A DNA stretch of 64,000 nt from Elusimicrobiota bacterium (GTDB lineage Bacteria; Elusimicrobiota; Elusimicrobia; UBA1565; JACRDR01), in the NCBI GenBank assembly GCA_041694815.1, contig JBGFSC010000006.1, forward strand, positions 1-64,000, given 5' to 3'. The position numbers were made by a program, and so were the translations under genes. Below the pieces are notes generated by a model that was not told where the DNA came from, did not search any database, and saw only the letters and a list, made by a program, of their open reading frames with translations. Positions 47,129 through 60,070 of this stretch are shown here, piece by piece (position 1 is the first letter of the stretch; the number at the start of each line of letters is the position of its first letter).

Positions 47129-47640
47129 CGCGTCTCCAGGGTCTCGAGCAGGGCCCGGCAGAAGGCGGGGAGGTCGTCGGGCTTGCGCGCGGTGATGAGA
47201 TTGCCGTCCACGCACGTTTCCTCGTCGACCCAGCGCGCCCCGGCGGCCTCCAGGTCCGCGCGGATCGCGAAGAAGGAGGTCACGGTCCGGCCCCGCAAGA
47301 TGCCGGCGGAGACGAGCACGGAGCCAGCATGGCAGATGGCGGCGACGGTCTTGCCAGCCTTGAAGCAGTCGCGGACCAGGGCGACGACGCTCTCGTGCCT
47401 CCTGAGGAAATCGGGGGCCCAGCCTCCCGGGATCAAGACGGCGTCCAGATCGCCGACCTTCACGTCGCCCGCCGAAAGCTCCGCCTCGATCGGGTATCCG
47501 TATTTTCCCTTGTATAGCTTCGCCGAGCCGGAGCCGATCACGCGGACGCGGTGACCGGCTTCCCGAAGCCGGTAATAAGGGTACCAGACTTCGAGATCCT
47601 GGTAATCCTGCTCGACGAGCAGGCCGATGGTCTTAGCCAT
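47125..47640 (-). CDS. PfpI/DJ-1 family protein
   Basis: YQDLEVWYP, IPGGWAPD.LR, AAICHA, VDGNLITAR.PDDLPAF. Confidence 0.92.
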   Translation of the reverse strand: MAKTIGLLVEQDYQDLEVWYPYYRLREAGHRVRVIGSGSAKLYKGKYGYPIEAELSAGDVKVGDLDAVLIPGGWAPDFLRRHESVVALVRDCFKAGKTVAAICHAGSVLVSAGILRGRTVTSFFAIRADLEAAGARWVDEETCVDGNLITARKPDDLPAFCRALLETLETR

Positions 47641-48038
47641 CAATGGTGCAGGTAGGGCCGGGGAAGCGGCCGGCGCCCGGCGAAACCCTCATCCATGCCG
47701 TGATAATGTCGGATGTTCTTTTCACCCTCGCGCCAGCACAGGTACACATCTTCTCCGCCCAGGCGGTGGGGAAAATCGACTAAGGCAGGGTCGAGGCCCT
47801 TGAGCACCGCGCCCATCGTCTCGATGCCTCGCAAATTCTGCTCTAGACACTGGGCGAGAAACTCAAGCTGCGATTTCTCGATGGCGATCTGGGCCGGGTC
47901 GGTCGCCGCCGCCTCCTCCAGGAGGCGGATGCGACCCAGCTTGTCCTGGGCCTTGGAGCGTATTTCGTGCGCCAGGGCGAAAATCTTCTCCAACTCGGGG
48001 ATGCGTTGCTGTGCCTCCTCGTGCGAGAAATATTTCAC
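47640..48038 (-). CDS. DUF2203 family protein
   Basis: LKGLDPALVDFP....VYLCWREGE....YH....GFAGRRP. Confidence 0.88.
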   Translation of the reverse strand: MKYFSHEEAQQRIPELEKIFALAHEIRSKAQDKLGRIRLLEEAAATDPAQIAIEKSQLEFLAQCLEQNLRGIETMGAVLKGLDPALVDFPHRLGGEDVYLCWREGEKNIRHYHGMDEGFAGRRPLPRPYLHH

Positions 48039-48059
48039 CGTCCGGATTATACCTAATCG

Positions 48060-48572
48060 TCATCTTGTTGTCCCCTTGGGGGATGTTTCAGCAGGCGCGC
48101 CGTCGACGATCCTGCCAATGAGTATCTCAGCGGCGGCCAGCGGCAGCCCGTTGAGGTTGAAGAAGGCCGAGACGATCCCCGCGAAGGCGCCGCCGGCCGC
48201 CACGGCGAGAAGCGTTCCGGCGAGGCCCAGGGCTAGCGCGCCGCCGGCGCCCGGGGCGCCCATGCGGCTGCAATGGGCCCACCCTCCCAGGGGAAGCGCC
48301 GAAAGGGCGCAGAGCATCCACGGGAAAAACGCCCAGTAGAACCAATGGCTTGGGCGACGCTCCAAGGCGGCCCAAAAGGCCAGGACCAGGCCCGCGCACC
48401 ACAACGTTAGCGCGAAGGTGGGGATCGGCTCGCGCAGCAGCGACGGAGAAATCAGGACTAGGAGCGCCCCGGCGCCAGCATAGGCGTACGCCAGCCCGCG
48501 CGCGCCGCGGCGCGAGAGGAATAGGGAATCGCGCGCGGATTTGAGGGCGCCTAGCGTCGCGATCAGCCTCAT
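48060..48572 (-). CDS. Hypothetical membrane protein
   Basis: About 4 hydrophobic segments. Confidence 0.55.
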   Translation of the reverse strand: MRLIATLGALKSARDSLFLSRRGARGLAYAYAGAGALLVLISPSLLREPIPTFALTLWCAGLVLAFWAALERRPSHWFYWAFFPWMLCALSALPLGGWAHCSRMGAPGAGGALALGLAGTLLAVAAGGAFAGIVSAFFNLNGLPLAAAEILIGRIVDGAPAETSPKGTTR

Positions 48573-48678
48573 GGGGTTCGGCCCGATAGGGCCATTATAG
48601 GCGCGTGACTTAAGCGTCGAGCATGCGTGGTGCGTAAATTGTTTATCGGCTCCGAGTGAAGATGCTAAAATACGGCCT

Positions 48679-48978
48679 ATGCCCGAGCCTTCTGATGAGC
48701 TACTGAGACAGATTGAGGCTGCCTACGACTACCGCGGCCACGTGACCTTGCGCCTGCTCGGCGGGGAGACCATCGAGGGTTTCGTCTACAACCGCGAGGG
48801 CCGCAATCCGCGCGCCCGCGAGGACCGATTTATCGACGTGATGGTCAAGGACAGCGATTTAAGGCGGCGCATCCGCTTCTCGGAGCTGGCCTCGATCGCG
48901 TTGACCGGCGAGGATTTCGCCGCCGGAAAATCCTACGAAGACTACCTAAAGAAGAAGCAGCAGGGCCTGGCCCCTTAG
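48679..48978 (+). CDS. Hypothetical protein
   Basis: 99-aa ORF with an extended -10 directly upstream; AYDYRGHVTL...LTGEDFAAGKSYE. Confidence 0.7.
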   Translation: MPEPSDELLRQIEAAYDYRGHVTLRLLGGETIEGFVYNREGRNPRAREDRFIDVMVKDSDLRRRIRFSELASIALTGEDFAAGKSYEDYLKKKQQGLAP

Positions 48979-50384
48979 TCGGCGTGGCCGATAGGCCTTA
49001 GGTCCCCGGGCTCTTTTCCGCCGGAGGGCAGAGAGAAGCTATGGGGCCTGGAGAGCTCGACCTGCCTGAGCAGGCGCGCCGAGAGCTCGTGCACGATTTC
49101 CGGATGCTCCCGGCTGACCTCGCGAAGCTCTTGGGGGTCGTTTTGTAGATCGTAGAGCTCGTAGCGGTCCTTGTCGAGACGCCAGATGAGCTTCCACCGC
49201 TTATCGCGGATTACGCGTTCATCAATCGTCAAATCGGTGCTGGAGGCCATATTCCGCTTGGAGCTCGCGTAGGCGTACGGGCGATGGGGGGCCGAGGGGT
49301 CGCGCAGCAGTGGGAGAAGGCTTTGGCCTTGCAATTCGGCGCCATCATGAGGGGCTTGGGCAATGTCGAGTATGGTGGGTACCAGGTCGATGCGCTGCAC
49401 GGGCTCCGATACGCGGCGCCCCGCCGATTGGGGAAAGCCAGGGTGGCGGATGAGCAACGGGACACGCAGCACCGGCTCGTAGAGGCCTTCGGTGTGGCCT
49501 AGCAGCCCGTGCTCGCCGAGCAGCTCGCCGTGGTCGGCGGTCACGATAAGGACGGTGTTCTCCCACAGGCCCAGGGCCTTGAGCCGCTGGGTAAAGCGGG
49601 CGACGAGCCGGTCGACCGAATGCAGGGCGGCGTCGTAATGGGCGCTCAGGTGTTTTAAATGCTTTGGGTCTTGCCGGAATATCGCCAGCTTGCGGTCCAG
49701 TTCCTCTTTCTCCGGCAGGGTCTCGCCGTTAAAGGCCCTAAAGAAGCGCACGTTGAGCGTCGCGGTGTCATGGACGATCCCCTCGTATCCCGGATCGAAC
49801 CGCTCGGGATCCTCCGACTGGTAAGGCGCGTGCAGGTCATCGACGGCGGCGTAGACGAAGAACGGCGATTTCTTATTGGCCTTCACCCAGTCGACGATCT
49901 TGGGCGAAAGCTCGGCGAAGGAGCGGGGCATCGCGGTCGCCGTCGAGAAAAGATTTACGTATTCGTCGAAGCCGCGCTGCAGGCCCCAGGCGGGCATGAG
50001 GTAGATGCCGCCGCTGAAGGCCGCCGTGCGGTAGCCCGCCTCCCCGAGCCGCGAGGCGAGGGTCGTCTCGAAATCCGCCAGCTTTCGGAACGGGAGGTTC
50101 GTGTACTGCCCGTGCACCTCGGGGGTATGCCCTGTGAATAAGCTGGCGTAATTCGGCAGGCACCAGGAGGATTGGGCGATCGCCTGGTCGAAGACCAGCG
50201 AATCCTTGGCCAGCGCATCGATGCCGGGCGTCGTGGGCTTGGGGTAGCCGTAGACACCGAAGTGGTCGGCGCGCGCCGAGCAGATGTCGAGCACGACGAC
50301 GTTCTTGGGGTTCTCGGCGTAGCCGAGGGCGGGCAGCGAAAAAAGGAGTAAGGCGGCCTTAAGGGCGGAGATTCTGCTGCTCAC
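48975..50384 (-). CDS. Secreted sulfatase-like hydrolase
   Basis: NVVVLDICSARADH, SSWCLPNYASLFTG, DDLHAPY, TADHGE..GEHG..GH, ELYDLQNDPQE. Confidence 0.88.
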   Translation of the reverse strand: MSSRISALKAALLLFSLPALGYAENPKNVVVLDICSARADHFGVYGYPKPTTPGIDALAKDSLVFDQAIAQSSWCLPNYASLFTGHTPEVHGQYTNLPFRKLADFETTLASRLGEAGYRTAAFSGGIYLMPAWGLQRGFDEYVNLFSTATAMPRSFAELSPKIVDWVKANKKSPFFVYAAVDDLHAPYQSEDPERFDPGYEGIVHDTATLNVRFFRAFNGETLPEKEELDRKLAIFRQDPKHLKHLSAHYDAALHSVDRLVARFTQRLKALGLWENTVLIVTADHGELLGEHGLLGHTEGLYEPVLRVPLLIRHPGFPQSAGRRVSEPVQRIDLVPTILDIAQAPHDGAELQGQSLLPLLRDPSAPHRPYAYASSKRNMASSTDLTIDERVIRDKRWKLIWRLDKDRYELYDLQNDPQELREVSREHPEIVHELSARLLRQVELSRPHSFSLPSGGKEPGDLRPIGHAD

Positions 50385-50574
50385 GTTGCTCCAGTTGCCG
50401 CAGCTCCTCGCGGCTCTTCTGGAGGTTCTCCTCCATCGAGGCCAGGAATTTCTTGGCGTAGACTAGCTCGAGGTCGTCGGGTTTGTAGAAAGGGATCTCG
50501 TACTTAGTCCGTTCGATACCCTCCTCCAGGCCCATGATCAGCCGCTGTAGGAAGTGCCTACGGTCCATTTCCAT
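50359..50574 (-). CDS. Small hypothetical coiled-coil protein
   Basis: 71-aa ORF upstream of the sulfatase. Confidence 0.6.
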   Translation of the reverse strand: MEMDRRHFLQRLIMGLEEGIERTKYEIPFYKPDDLELVYAKKFLASMEENLQKSREELRQLEQREQQNLRP

Positions 50575-50619
50575 CCTGAATAGTCTATTCCTTAACGGAG
50601 CGCCTTTGCAAGATAGTCA

Positions 50620-50703
50620 GGTGTCAGACTTTAACTTTTTGAACTTTTGGGACTAATTCGTTCAGATAAGTTCCAAGAGTTCAAAAAGTTAAAGTCTGAC
50701 ACC
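50620..50703. repeat. Palindromic element, family C
   Basis: 26-bp perfect arms ggtgtcagactttaactttttgaact / agttcaaaaagttaaagtctgacacc. Confidence 0.9.
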
Positions 50704-51377
50704 TATCGCGAGCCGTCCCAGGGATCGCCGAAATGCTCGGCGAAGACGACGCGCGAGAGTTCGAAGCGGCCGCCGTAGGGCTTGTCGGGCTCGCGCCCGT
50801 AGCCGATCGCCAGCAGGGCGAGCACTCGGACCCTCTCGGGGATGCCGAAAGCCGCGCGCACCTTCGCCTCGTCGAACCCTTCCATGGGCGCGGTGTCGAG
50901 CCCGTAGCATTCGGCCGCGAGAAGCAGGTGGGTGAAGGCGATCAGTGTCTGGCGCGTGACCCAGATGTCGAGGTCGGTCGAGCTCAGGTAATCAGTGGCG
51001 CTTTGCCGCATGCCCGCGGCCATGCGCTCGTTATAGATGGCGCCCGCCTCCTTGCCGATGCGCAGCATTTCCTCGATATCCTCGCGCCAGGCCTGGGGGT
51101 CTCCACAGGCGATGACGACCACCGGTGCCTCCTCCACCTTCGACTGGCCGAAGGCGGCCTCGCGCAATTTCTTCCGGTTGGCGGGATCGCGGACGACGAT
51201 AAAGCGCCAAGGCTGTAGGTTGTATCCCGAGGGGGCTAGCGTCGCTAGTTCTAGTAGCTCCTGTAGCAGGGCTTCCGGCACCGGGTCGGGCTTGAAATGC
51301 GGGGTGGCCCGGCGGCGCTGTATCGCCGCGCCCAGGGCCAGTGTCTGTTGGCGAAAGGGAATGTTCAAGGTCCTCAT
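50703..51377 (-). CDS. Nitroreductase family protein
   Basis: RRA...F, APSGYNLQPWRF, GLDTAPMEGFD. Confidence 0.92.
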   Translation of the reverse strand: MRTLNIPFRQQTLALGAAIQRRRATPHFKPDPVPEALLQELLELATLAPSGYNLQPWRFIVVRDPANRKKLREAAFGQSKVEEAPVVVIACGDPQAWREDIEEMLRIGKEAGAIYNERMAAGMRQSATDYLSSTDLDIWVTRQTLIAFTHLLLAAECYGLDTAPMEGFDEAKVRAAFGIPERVRVLALLAIGYGREPDKPYGGRFELSRVVFAEHFGDPWDGSR

Positions 51378-51469
51378 GGAACCCTAGTATAGCCAGTGGC
51401 GTAGGCCGTGTCCGTCGTCATTCTGTAAATTCGAGGTATTCGGAATTTGCAATAATTCGCGGCCTGCTG

Positions 51470-53287
51470 TCAGAATTCGGGCAACGATTGACGCAGGTTT
51501 TGAAAGCGCCTCCAGGGATCTATGCCTCGCAGGCGCGGCTCGATGTTGTCGATCGTGTAAAAATCCGGTCCTGGCAACTCGGCCAGCTCCTTCCAGGAGA
51601 GCGGAGTAGCGATGGGTGCTCCGTTCTTGGCGCGGGTCGAGTACGCCGCGACGGCCGTTGCTCCCCGATTGTTGCGGAGGTAGTCGATGAATATCTTGCC
51701 GCGGCGCTGAGCCTTGCCTAGCCGGGCAGTATAGCGGTCGGGTTTTTCCAGCGCGAGGCTTTCGGCCACCGCCTTAGAAAAGGCCTTGACCCGTTCCCAG
51801 CCGTCCTTCGGGCGCAACGGTACGACTATATGCAGACCTTTGCTACCGGTGCTTTTAGGGAAGCTCTCCAGTCGAAACCCCTTGAGCTTATCGCGTAGGG
51901 CGAAGGCCGCTTCCACGACCATGCTCCAGGCCACCCCCGGCGCCGGATCGAGATCGAAGGTCATGAGATCGGGCTTGTCGACCTGCTTGATCCGGCAGCC
52001 CCAGGGATGCAGCTCGAGCGCGCCTAATTGCGCCAGATAGATCAGGCCCGCGAGATCCTTGATGTAGATGTACGTCCGGGCTTCCCCCTTTTCGTCTATC
52101 TCGATGCGGCCGATGGAGGGGGGAAAGGCCTCCTGCGCGTGCTTCTGAAAGAAACAATCGCGCCGGTGGCCTTCCGGGCAGCGCAGCAAGGCCAGCGGCC
52201 TCCGAGCCACGTGGGGGAGCATCCGTTCGGCGGCCCGCGCGTAATAATCCGCCAAAGCCCGCTTCGTGATTCCCTGCTCGGGATAGAGCACGCGTTCGGG
52301 ATGGCTCAGACGGATGCCCGCGATGATCGGCTCCGGCCGCTCGAGCACGATCTCCTCCGGGCCCTTATCCTCGCGGAGGCCCTGAAAGCGCGCTTGGCGC
52401 AGCCGGCGGTCGCGGGTCCATTCGGCGAAGTCGATCTCGGCTACCAATTCGGGCCTCACCCAATGCGCCTTAGTGGCGCCTGTTCCCTCGGGAGGCCTGG
52501 AGAAGGGGCAGGTCGCGCTGCGAATGGCCGAGAGCTTGCGGCCCAAGTCGCGGAGCATGCCCTCCGTGAAGCCCGTGCCGACCTTGCCGCAATATTCGAT
52601 TCCCCCGTCGCGTCGCAGGCCCAGGAGCAGCGAACCGAACGTCGAGCGCGCGCCGCGAGGCTCGGTGTATCCCCCGATGAGGAATTCCTGCCGCTGGATG
52701 CATTTGACCTTGAGCCAGCGGCTCGAGCGGCCCGAGACGTACGGCAGGCCCTTGCTTTTGGAAACGATGCCCTCCAGGCGGAGGCGGCAGGCTTGACGGT
52801 AGACCTGGGTCCCGCGCCCCTCCACGTGATCGCTGTAGCGCAGCTTCCCGCCGGCCGCCTCGCGCAGGAGCTCCGCGAGGCGGCGCTTGCGCTCGACTAG
52901 GGGCAGGGGGCGCAGGTCCTTGCCGTTTAGGTGGAGCAGATCGAACAAATAATAAACCAGGCGGCTGGGGTCCCGGGCGCTCAAGGCCTCCTGCATGGCG
53001 TGGAAGGAGGAGGCCCCTCGTTCGTCGAGCGCGACGATCTCGCCGTCGACGATCGCGGACGCCGCGGGCAGCCTCGCCAAGGCCTCGGCCAGCGGCGAGA
53101 ACCTGTCCGTCCAATCGTTGCCCTTGCGCGTCAGCAGCCGGGCTCTGCCGGATTCCAGGAAGCCCAGGGCCCGATATCCGTCGAACTTGACTTCGTGGAT
53201 CCAGCCTGGACCATCGGGGACCTTTTCGGCGAGCGCGGCCAACTGGGGCGCGAAGAACGCGGGCAGCGGCGGCGCTTTAGGGGCCAT
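51470..53287 (-). CDS. ligD: NHEJ DNA ligase D (ligase plus primase-polymerase domains, no phosphoesterase domain)
   Basis: EVKFDGYR, DGEIV, EGIVSK, WLKVK; then SHPERVLYP, RCPEG, FFQKH, FDLDP, GSKGLH, IFIDYLRN. Confidence 0.95.
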   Translation of the reverse strand: MAPKAPPLPAFFAPQLAALAEKVPDGPGWIHEVKFDGYRALGFLESGRARLLTRKGNDWTDRFSPLAEALARLPAASAIVDGEIVALDERGASSFHAMQEALSARDPSRLVYYLFDLLHLNGKDLRPLPLVERKRRLAELLREAAGGKLRYSDHVEGRGTQVYRQACRLRLEGIVSKSKGLPYVSGRSSRWLKVKCIQRQEFLIGGYTEPRGARSTFGSLLLGLRRDGGIEYCGKVGTGFTEGMLRDLGRKLSAIRSATCPFSRPPEGTGATKAHWVRPELVAEIDFAEWTRDRRLRQARFQGLREDKGPEEIVLERPEPIIAGIRLSHPERVLYPEQGITKRALADYYARAAERMLPHVARRPLALLRCPEGHRRDCFFQKHAQEAFPPSIGRIEIDEKGEARTYIYIKDLAGLIYLAQLGALELHPWGCRIKQVDKPDLMTFDLDPAPGVAWSMVVEAAFALRDKLKGFRLESFPKSTGSKGLHIVVPLRPKDGWERVKAFSKAVAESLALEKPDRYTARLGKAQRRGKIFIDYLRNNRGATAVAAYSTRAKNGAPIATPLSWKELAELPGPDFYTIDNIEPRLRGIDPWRRFQNLRQSLPEF

Positions 53288-54114
53288 CAATGCAGGGTTC
53301 GGGAGGCGTGAGCGCCTCGATGTCGCGTTTCCCCATGAGCCAGGCTCCGCTTGAGCAGCTGCATGATGTCGGCCGGCGGCGTCGGCGTTTTAGTCTCGGC
53401 CGGTAGGGCTAGGGGTTCGACCTTGCCCTTTTCGGCCTTTTTCCGTATGAAGGCGAGCAGTTCCTCGCGGTAGCGGTCCTTGTATTGCCGCGGGTCCCAA
53501 AGCGCGGAGAGATCGTCGATGAGGCGCTCGGCCATCTTGAGTTCCCCCTCGGATATCTTGAGCTTGCGCGGGTCGCGGGCGGGCAATTTAAGGTGGCCAG
53601 GATCGCGCAACTCCTGCTGGTAGCGCAGCAGGTTGAGCACCAGCGCCTCTTTATGCGGCACGAGCGCAGCCAGGTGCTCCTTGGCGTGCAGGACCACCGT
53701 GGCGATGCCGACCTTGCCGCTGCGCTTGAGCGCCTCGCGCAGCAGCGCGTAGGCCTTGTCGCTGCCTCCCATCGGCTCTAGGTAATACGGCTTGTCGAAA
53801 TAGACCGCTTCGATGGCCGATCGCTCAACGAAGGCCGAGATGTCGATGCGCTGGCTGCGCCCCGGAGAGGCGCGTTTCAAGTCCTCATCCGTCAACAGCA
53901 CGTACTCCCCATCGGAGATCTCGTATCCCTTGACGATCTCATCCTTGCCCACCGGCTCGCCCGTGCGTTTGTTGACCTTCCGGTAACCGACGGGGGACAT
54001 GTCGCGCTTGTCGATCCAGTTGAGGTTAAGCGCGTCCGGGTGCTCGCCCGGATGCAGCGCCACCTGGACATTCACCAGGCCGAAGCTGAGGCTTCCCTTC
54101 CATACGGCGGCCAT
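53287..54114 (-). CDS. ku: Ku protein
   Basis: WKGSLSFGLVN, IVKGYE, YFDKPYYL, AYALLREAL, YKDRYRE. Confidence 0.95.
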   Translation of the reverse strand: MAAVWKGSLSFGLVNVQVALHPGEHPDALNLNWIDKRDMSPVGYRKVNKRTGEPVGKDEIVKGYEISDGEYVLLTDEDLKRASPGRSQRIDISAFVERSAIEAVYFDKPYYLEPMGGSDKAYALLREALKRSGKVGIATVVLHAKEHLAALVPHKEALVLNLLRYQQELRDPGHLKLPARDPRKLKISEGELKMAERLIDDLSALWDPRQYKDRYREELLAFIRKKAEKGKVEPLALPAETKTPTPPADIMQLLKRSLAHGETRHRGAHASRTLH

Positions 54115-54124
54115 GTCGTCCCGC

Positions 54125-54712
54125 CTAGAAATGGAAATTCAGGCCGGCGGTCACCTGATGGCCCGCGTCGTCGAAGTCCTGGTTCGCGGTGGTGTTGGAG
54201 GCGTTGCGGCTGCGGATGTTCCCGATCCAGATATGCCGGTAGGTAGCGTCGATGGACCACTTTGGGTTCAAGAATATTTGCAGGCCTCCCCCGACATGCG
54301 GCCCGAAGCGGTTGTCGGTCTCATCGAAGCCTCCCGGACCCTCGACATGCGTGAAGTACCACCCGGCTCCCGCCAGAATGAACGGCGATATGCGGTGGCG
54401 GCCGGGCGTTAAGTACGCCAGCAGCGAGGCTTGGACCGGATAGATGTCGGCCCGCGTACCCGTGAAGGTCCGACGGCGATAATCGGCCGATCCCTCCAGG
54501 GCCCAGATGTTGCTTAAATGCAGGCGCAACTGGGCCCCCCCGAACCAATCGTCGCCGGTCCCTTGCCCGGTGTCCGCTTGGAACCAGGTCGCCCTTCCCC
54601 CGAGCGAGACTCCTCGATGCGGGTAGACGTCGTCGTAGTCCTGGGCGTAGGCGGCGCTGCCGCCCAGCGGCAAGAAGGAGAACAGCGCGAGAGCGCAAAA
54701 TGTAGATTTCAT
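54125..54712 (-). CDS. Outer-membrane beta-barrel protein
   Basis: Signal peptide, SPFILAGAGWY, GPHVGGGL, C-terminal AGLNFHF. Confidence 0.85.
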   Translation of the reverse strand: MKSTFCALALFSFLPLGGSAAYAQDYDDVYPHRGVSLGGRATWFQADTGQGTGDDWFGGAQLRLHLSNIWALEGSADYRRRTFTGTRADIYPVQASLLAYLTPGRHRISPFILAGAGWYFTHVEGPGGFDETDNRFGPHVGGGLQIFLNPKWSIDATYRHIWIGNIRSRNASNTTANQDFDDAGHQVTAGLNFHF

Positions 54713-54836
54713 GGATTCCTCCTGTCGATCTCATTATAAAGGAGAGATTCCGGAGGTTCCTATAGTTAGCCCGTCAAGGAAATATGACGTCCCTGAGAGG
54801 TGAGCGTGACGGCAAAAAGGGTACAATGGCGCCCGA

Positions 54837-55466
54837 ATGATAGAGCCGCATTGGTTCGACGCGCTCCAGAGGCGTTTCGGCTCATGGACGATCCCCGGCC
54901 TCGTGAATTTCATCGTGGGGATGAACGCCGCGGTGTGGGCGCTTTCCCTGCTCAAGCCAGAATTTCCGAGCGTGCTGGCCCTCGACCCTCATCGGGTGAT
55001 GCAGGGCGAATGGTGGAGGATCTTCACCTTCCTGTTCATTCCTCCCGCTTCCTCCCCGCTGTGGATGTTCTTATGGCTCTACCTGCTCTACACCTACGCG
55101 AGCGCCTTGGAAAGGGAATGGGGCGATTTCCGCTTCAATCTCTATTACGCGATCGGCGCCGCGTCCACGGCGGCGGCGTCTCTCGGTCTGGGGCAGGGGC
55201 TTTCCAACGCGCCGCTGAACGCCTCGATTTTCCTGGCCTTCGCGGCCCTCTACCCGGATTTCGAGCTGCTGCTATTCTTCATCCTGCCGGTCAAGGCGAA
55301 ATGGCTGGCGGCGTTGGCTTGGATCGGCATCGCCTGGTCGGCGATATTCGGCCATTGGGCGGTTCGCGTCGCGCTGTCGGCCGGCCTCGTCAATTACGCG
55401 CTTTTTTTCGGCAAGGACCATGCCCTGTCTCTCCGTTATCGCTGGAGGCGCTGGCGTGAGCGATAG
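54837..55466 (+). CDS. Rhomboid-like membrane protein
   Basis: GEWWRIFTFLFIP, LEREWG.FRFNLYY, FAALYPD...LLFFILPVKAKW. Confidence 0.8.
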   Translation: MIEPHWFDALQRRFGSWTIPGLVNFIVGMNAAVWALSLLKPEFPSVLALDPHRVMQGEWWRIFTFLFIPPASSPLWMFLWLYLLYTYASALEREWGDFRFNLYYAIGAASTAAASLGLGQGLSNAPLNASIFLAFAALYPDFELLLFFILPVKAKWLAALAWIGIAWSAIFGHWAVRVALSAGLVNYALFFGKDHALSLRYRWRRWRER

Positions 55467-55788
55467 GATCGTCTACTCGAGCGACCCGGACTTCTGCTCC
55501 GCCTGCGGCCATTCCCCCTGCCGTTGCCAGGCGCCGGCGACCCGCCGCCAGGCGGAACCCCTGCGCCTCTCTTTCGCCCGCGGCGTCAAGGGCAGCGGGG
55601 TGACGCGCATCGAGCGGCTCGTCCTGCACCCGACGCTCAAGGAGCAGATGCTTCAAAAATTCAAGAAGCGGCTCGGCTGCGGCGGAGCGGTCAAGGAAGG
55701 TGCCTTGGAGCTGCAAGGCGATCATCGCGATTTCCTGGAAGGGGCGCTCAAGGCGGAGGGTTTCAAGGTCCGCCGCGTCGGCGGCTAG
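55456..55788 (+). CDS. yciH: SUI1/YciH family translation factor
   Basis: VYSSD, KG.GVTRI, KKRLGCGGAVKEG.LELQGDHRD. Confidence 0.9.
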   Translation: MSDRIVYSSDPDFCSACGHSPCRCQAPATRRQAEPLRLSFARGVKGSGVTRIERLVLHPTLKEQMLQKFKKRLGCGGAVKEGALELQGDHRDFLEGALKAEGFKVRRVGG

Positions 55789-55808
55789 AGTAGGTCCATC
55801 GCTCTTAC

Positions 55809-55856
55809 GGTGCCAGGGATTGACTTTCGCCTAGGCGAAAGTCAATCCCTGGCACC
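55809..55856. repeat. Perfect 48-bp palindrome, family B
   Basis: Identical to 23812-23859. Confidence 0.95.
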
Positions 55857-56325
55857 ATTGTTACAAAGGCGATGGGTCCCATGCCCGCCACCCGCGCCTA
55901 CAGCACGCCGTTCATCCGTCGCCTATCCAATATTCACCGAGCCTATATGGAGTCTCGCGCGGCGCGGCGATTACAATGCCCCCATGACAGGAGGTGTCTA
56001 TGAGGTCGCATAAGGGACCCCGGGGCGGCAAGACCATACTGATGGTCGACGACGAGCCGGACATGCTGTCGGTGCTCGAGCCGATGCTCAGCGCCGAGGG
56101 CTACCGTGTCGAGACGGCTTCCGACGGCGAGCAGGCCTTAAGGCGCATCCACGCGAGAAAGCCCGACTTGGTCCTGCTCGACCTCAAAATGCCCGGACTG
56201 GGCGGGCGGGCCGCCCTAGAGGAGCTTCGCCGCAATGCCTCGACCCGCTCGCTGCCTGTGATCATGCTCACGGGCAAGGCCGAGCCGGCCGACGAGATCA
56301 GCTCCCTCGAGCACGGGGCGGACGA

Positions 56326-59091
<2,766 letters not shown>

Positions 59092-59124
59092 ATAAGGAGG
59101 TCCTCCGCCTTATTGTATCAATTT

Positions 59125-59271
59125 GGTGCCAGGCATCCACTTTCTACACTTTCTTGACTTTCGAAGATATTGTCGTCAAGAGAAATGAGAAAGTATATTC
59201 CAGATTTGGTGCTAAAAGTACCGAACCTGGAGAGAAAGTGTAGAAAGTAGAGAAAGTGGATGCCTGGCACC
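59125..59271. repeat. Family A palindromic element (long 147-bp variant)
   Basis: Same terminal arms; longer internal spacer. Confidence 0.9.
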
Positions 59272-59299
59272 CGGATAACGAAGTTGGTAAAATGACCCG

Positions 59300-60070
59300 A
59301 TGGTCCGGCTGCTCTCTTGGAACGTCAACGGGATCCGCGCCGCCGAGCGCAAGGGCCTCCTCGATTGGTTCAAGAAGGAGGCGCCCGACGTCCTCTGCCT
59401 GCAGGAGACCAAGGCCATGCCCGAGCAGGTCAGCCCCGCGCTGCGCGAGGTCTCTGGGTATGCGGTCGAATGGCACTGGGCGGAGAAGAAGGGCTATAGC
59501 GGCGTAGCCACCTACAGCAGGCCGAGGTTCGAAAGGGCTACGCGCGGCTGCGGGATCGCGCGCTACGATTGCGAAGGGCGCGTGCTCGTGGCCGATTATC
59601 CGAAGTTCACCTTATTCAACGTTTACTTTCCCAACGGCAAGCGCGACCAGGAGCGCCTGGCCTACAAGATGGATTTCTACGAGGATTTCCTCAAGATCCT
59701 CCAGGGCGCCCGGGAGTCCGGCAGGCGCAACCTCGTCGTGTGCGGGGACGTCAACACCGCTCATCGCGAGATCGACCTGGCCAGGCCCAAGGAGAACCGG
59801 AAGGTCTCCGGATTCCTCCCGGAGGAATGCGCCTGGATCGACAAGTTGCTTTCCGCCGGCTTCGTCGACACCTTCCGCGAGTTCGAGAGCTCCGGGGGCC
59901 ATTACACCTGGTGGGACCAGCTCACGCGGGCGCGGGAGAGGAATGTCGGCTGGCGCATCGATTACTTCTTCGTCTCGGAGGAGCTTCGCCGCTCGCTTAA
60001 GAGCGCCTTCATCCTGCCCGAGGTGCTCGGCTCCGACCATTGCCCGGTCGGTATCGAGCTGGACATATGA
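59300..60070 (+). CDS. xth: Exodeoxyribonuclease III
   Basis: SWNVNGIRA, LCLQETK, GYSGVA, YFPNG, GDVNTAH, VGWRIDYF, GSDHCP. Confidence 0.96.
   Translation: MVRLLSWNVNGIRAAERKGLLDWFKKEAPDVLCLQETKAMPEQVSPALREVSGYAVEWHWAEKKGYSGVATYSRPRFERATRGCGIARYDCEGRVLVADYPKFTLFNVYFPNGKRDQERLAYKMDFYEDFLKILQGARESGRRNLVVCGDVNTAHREIDLARPKENRKVSGFLPEECAWIDKLLSAGFVDTFREFESSGGHYTWWDQLTRARERNVGWRIDYFFVSEELRRSLKSAFILPEVLGSDHCPVGIELDI

Noticed and set aside
48992..49007. Box-like taggcc-ttag-gtcccc (also about 17114)
   Set aside because: Inside 3' coding ends, unphased, likely chance in GC-rich sequence
48975..50384. Non-canonical sulfatase motif CLPNY as a novelty
   Set aside because: Deviation from CxPxR is common in sulfatase-like hydrolases of this type
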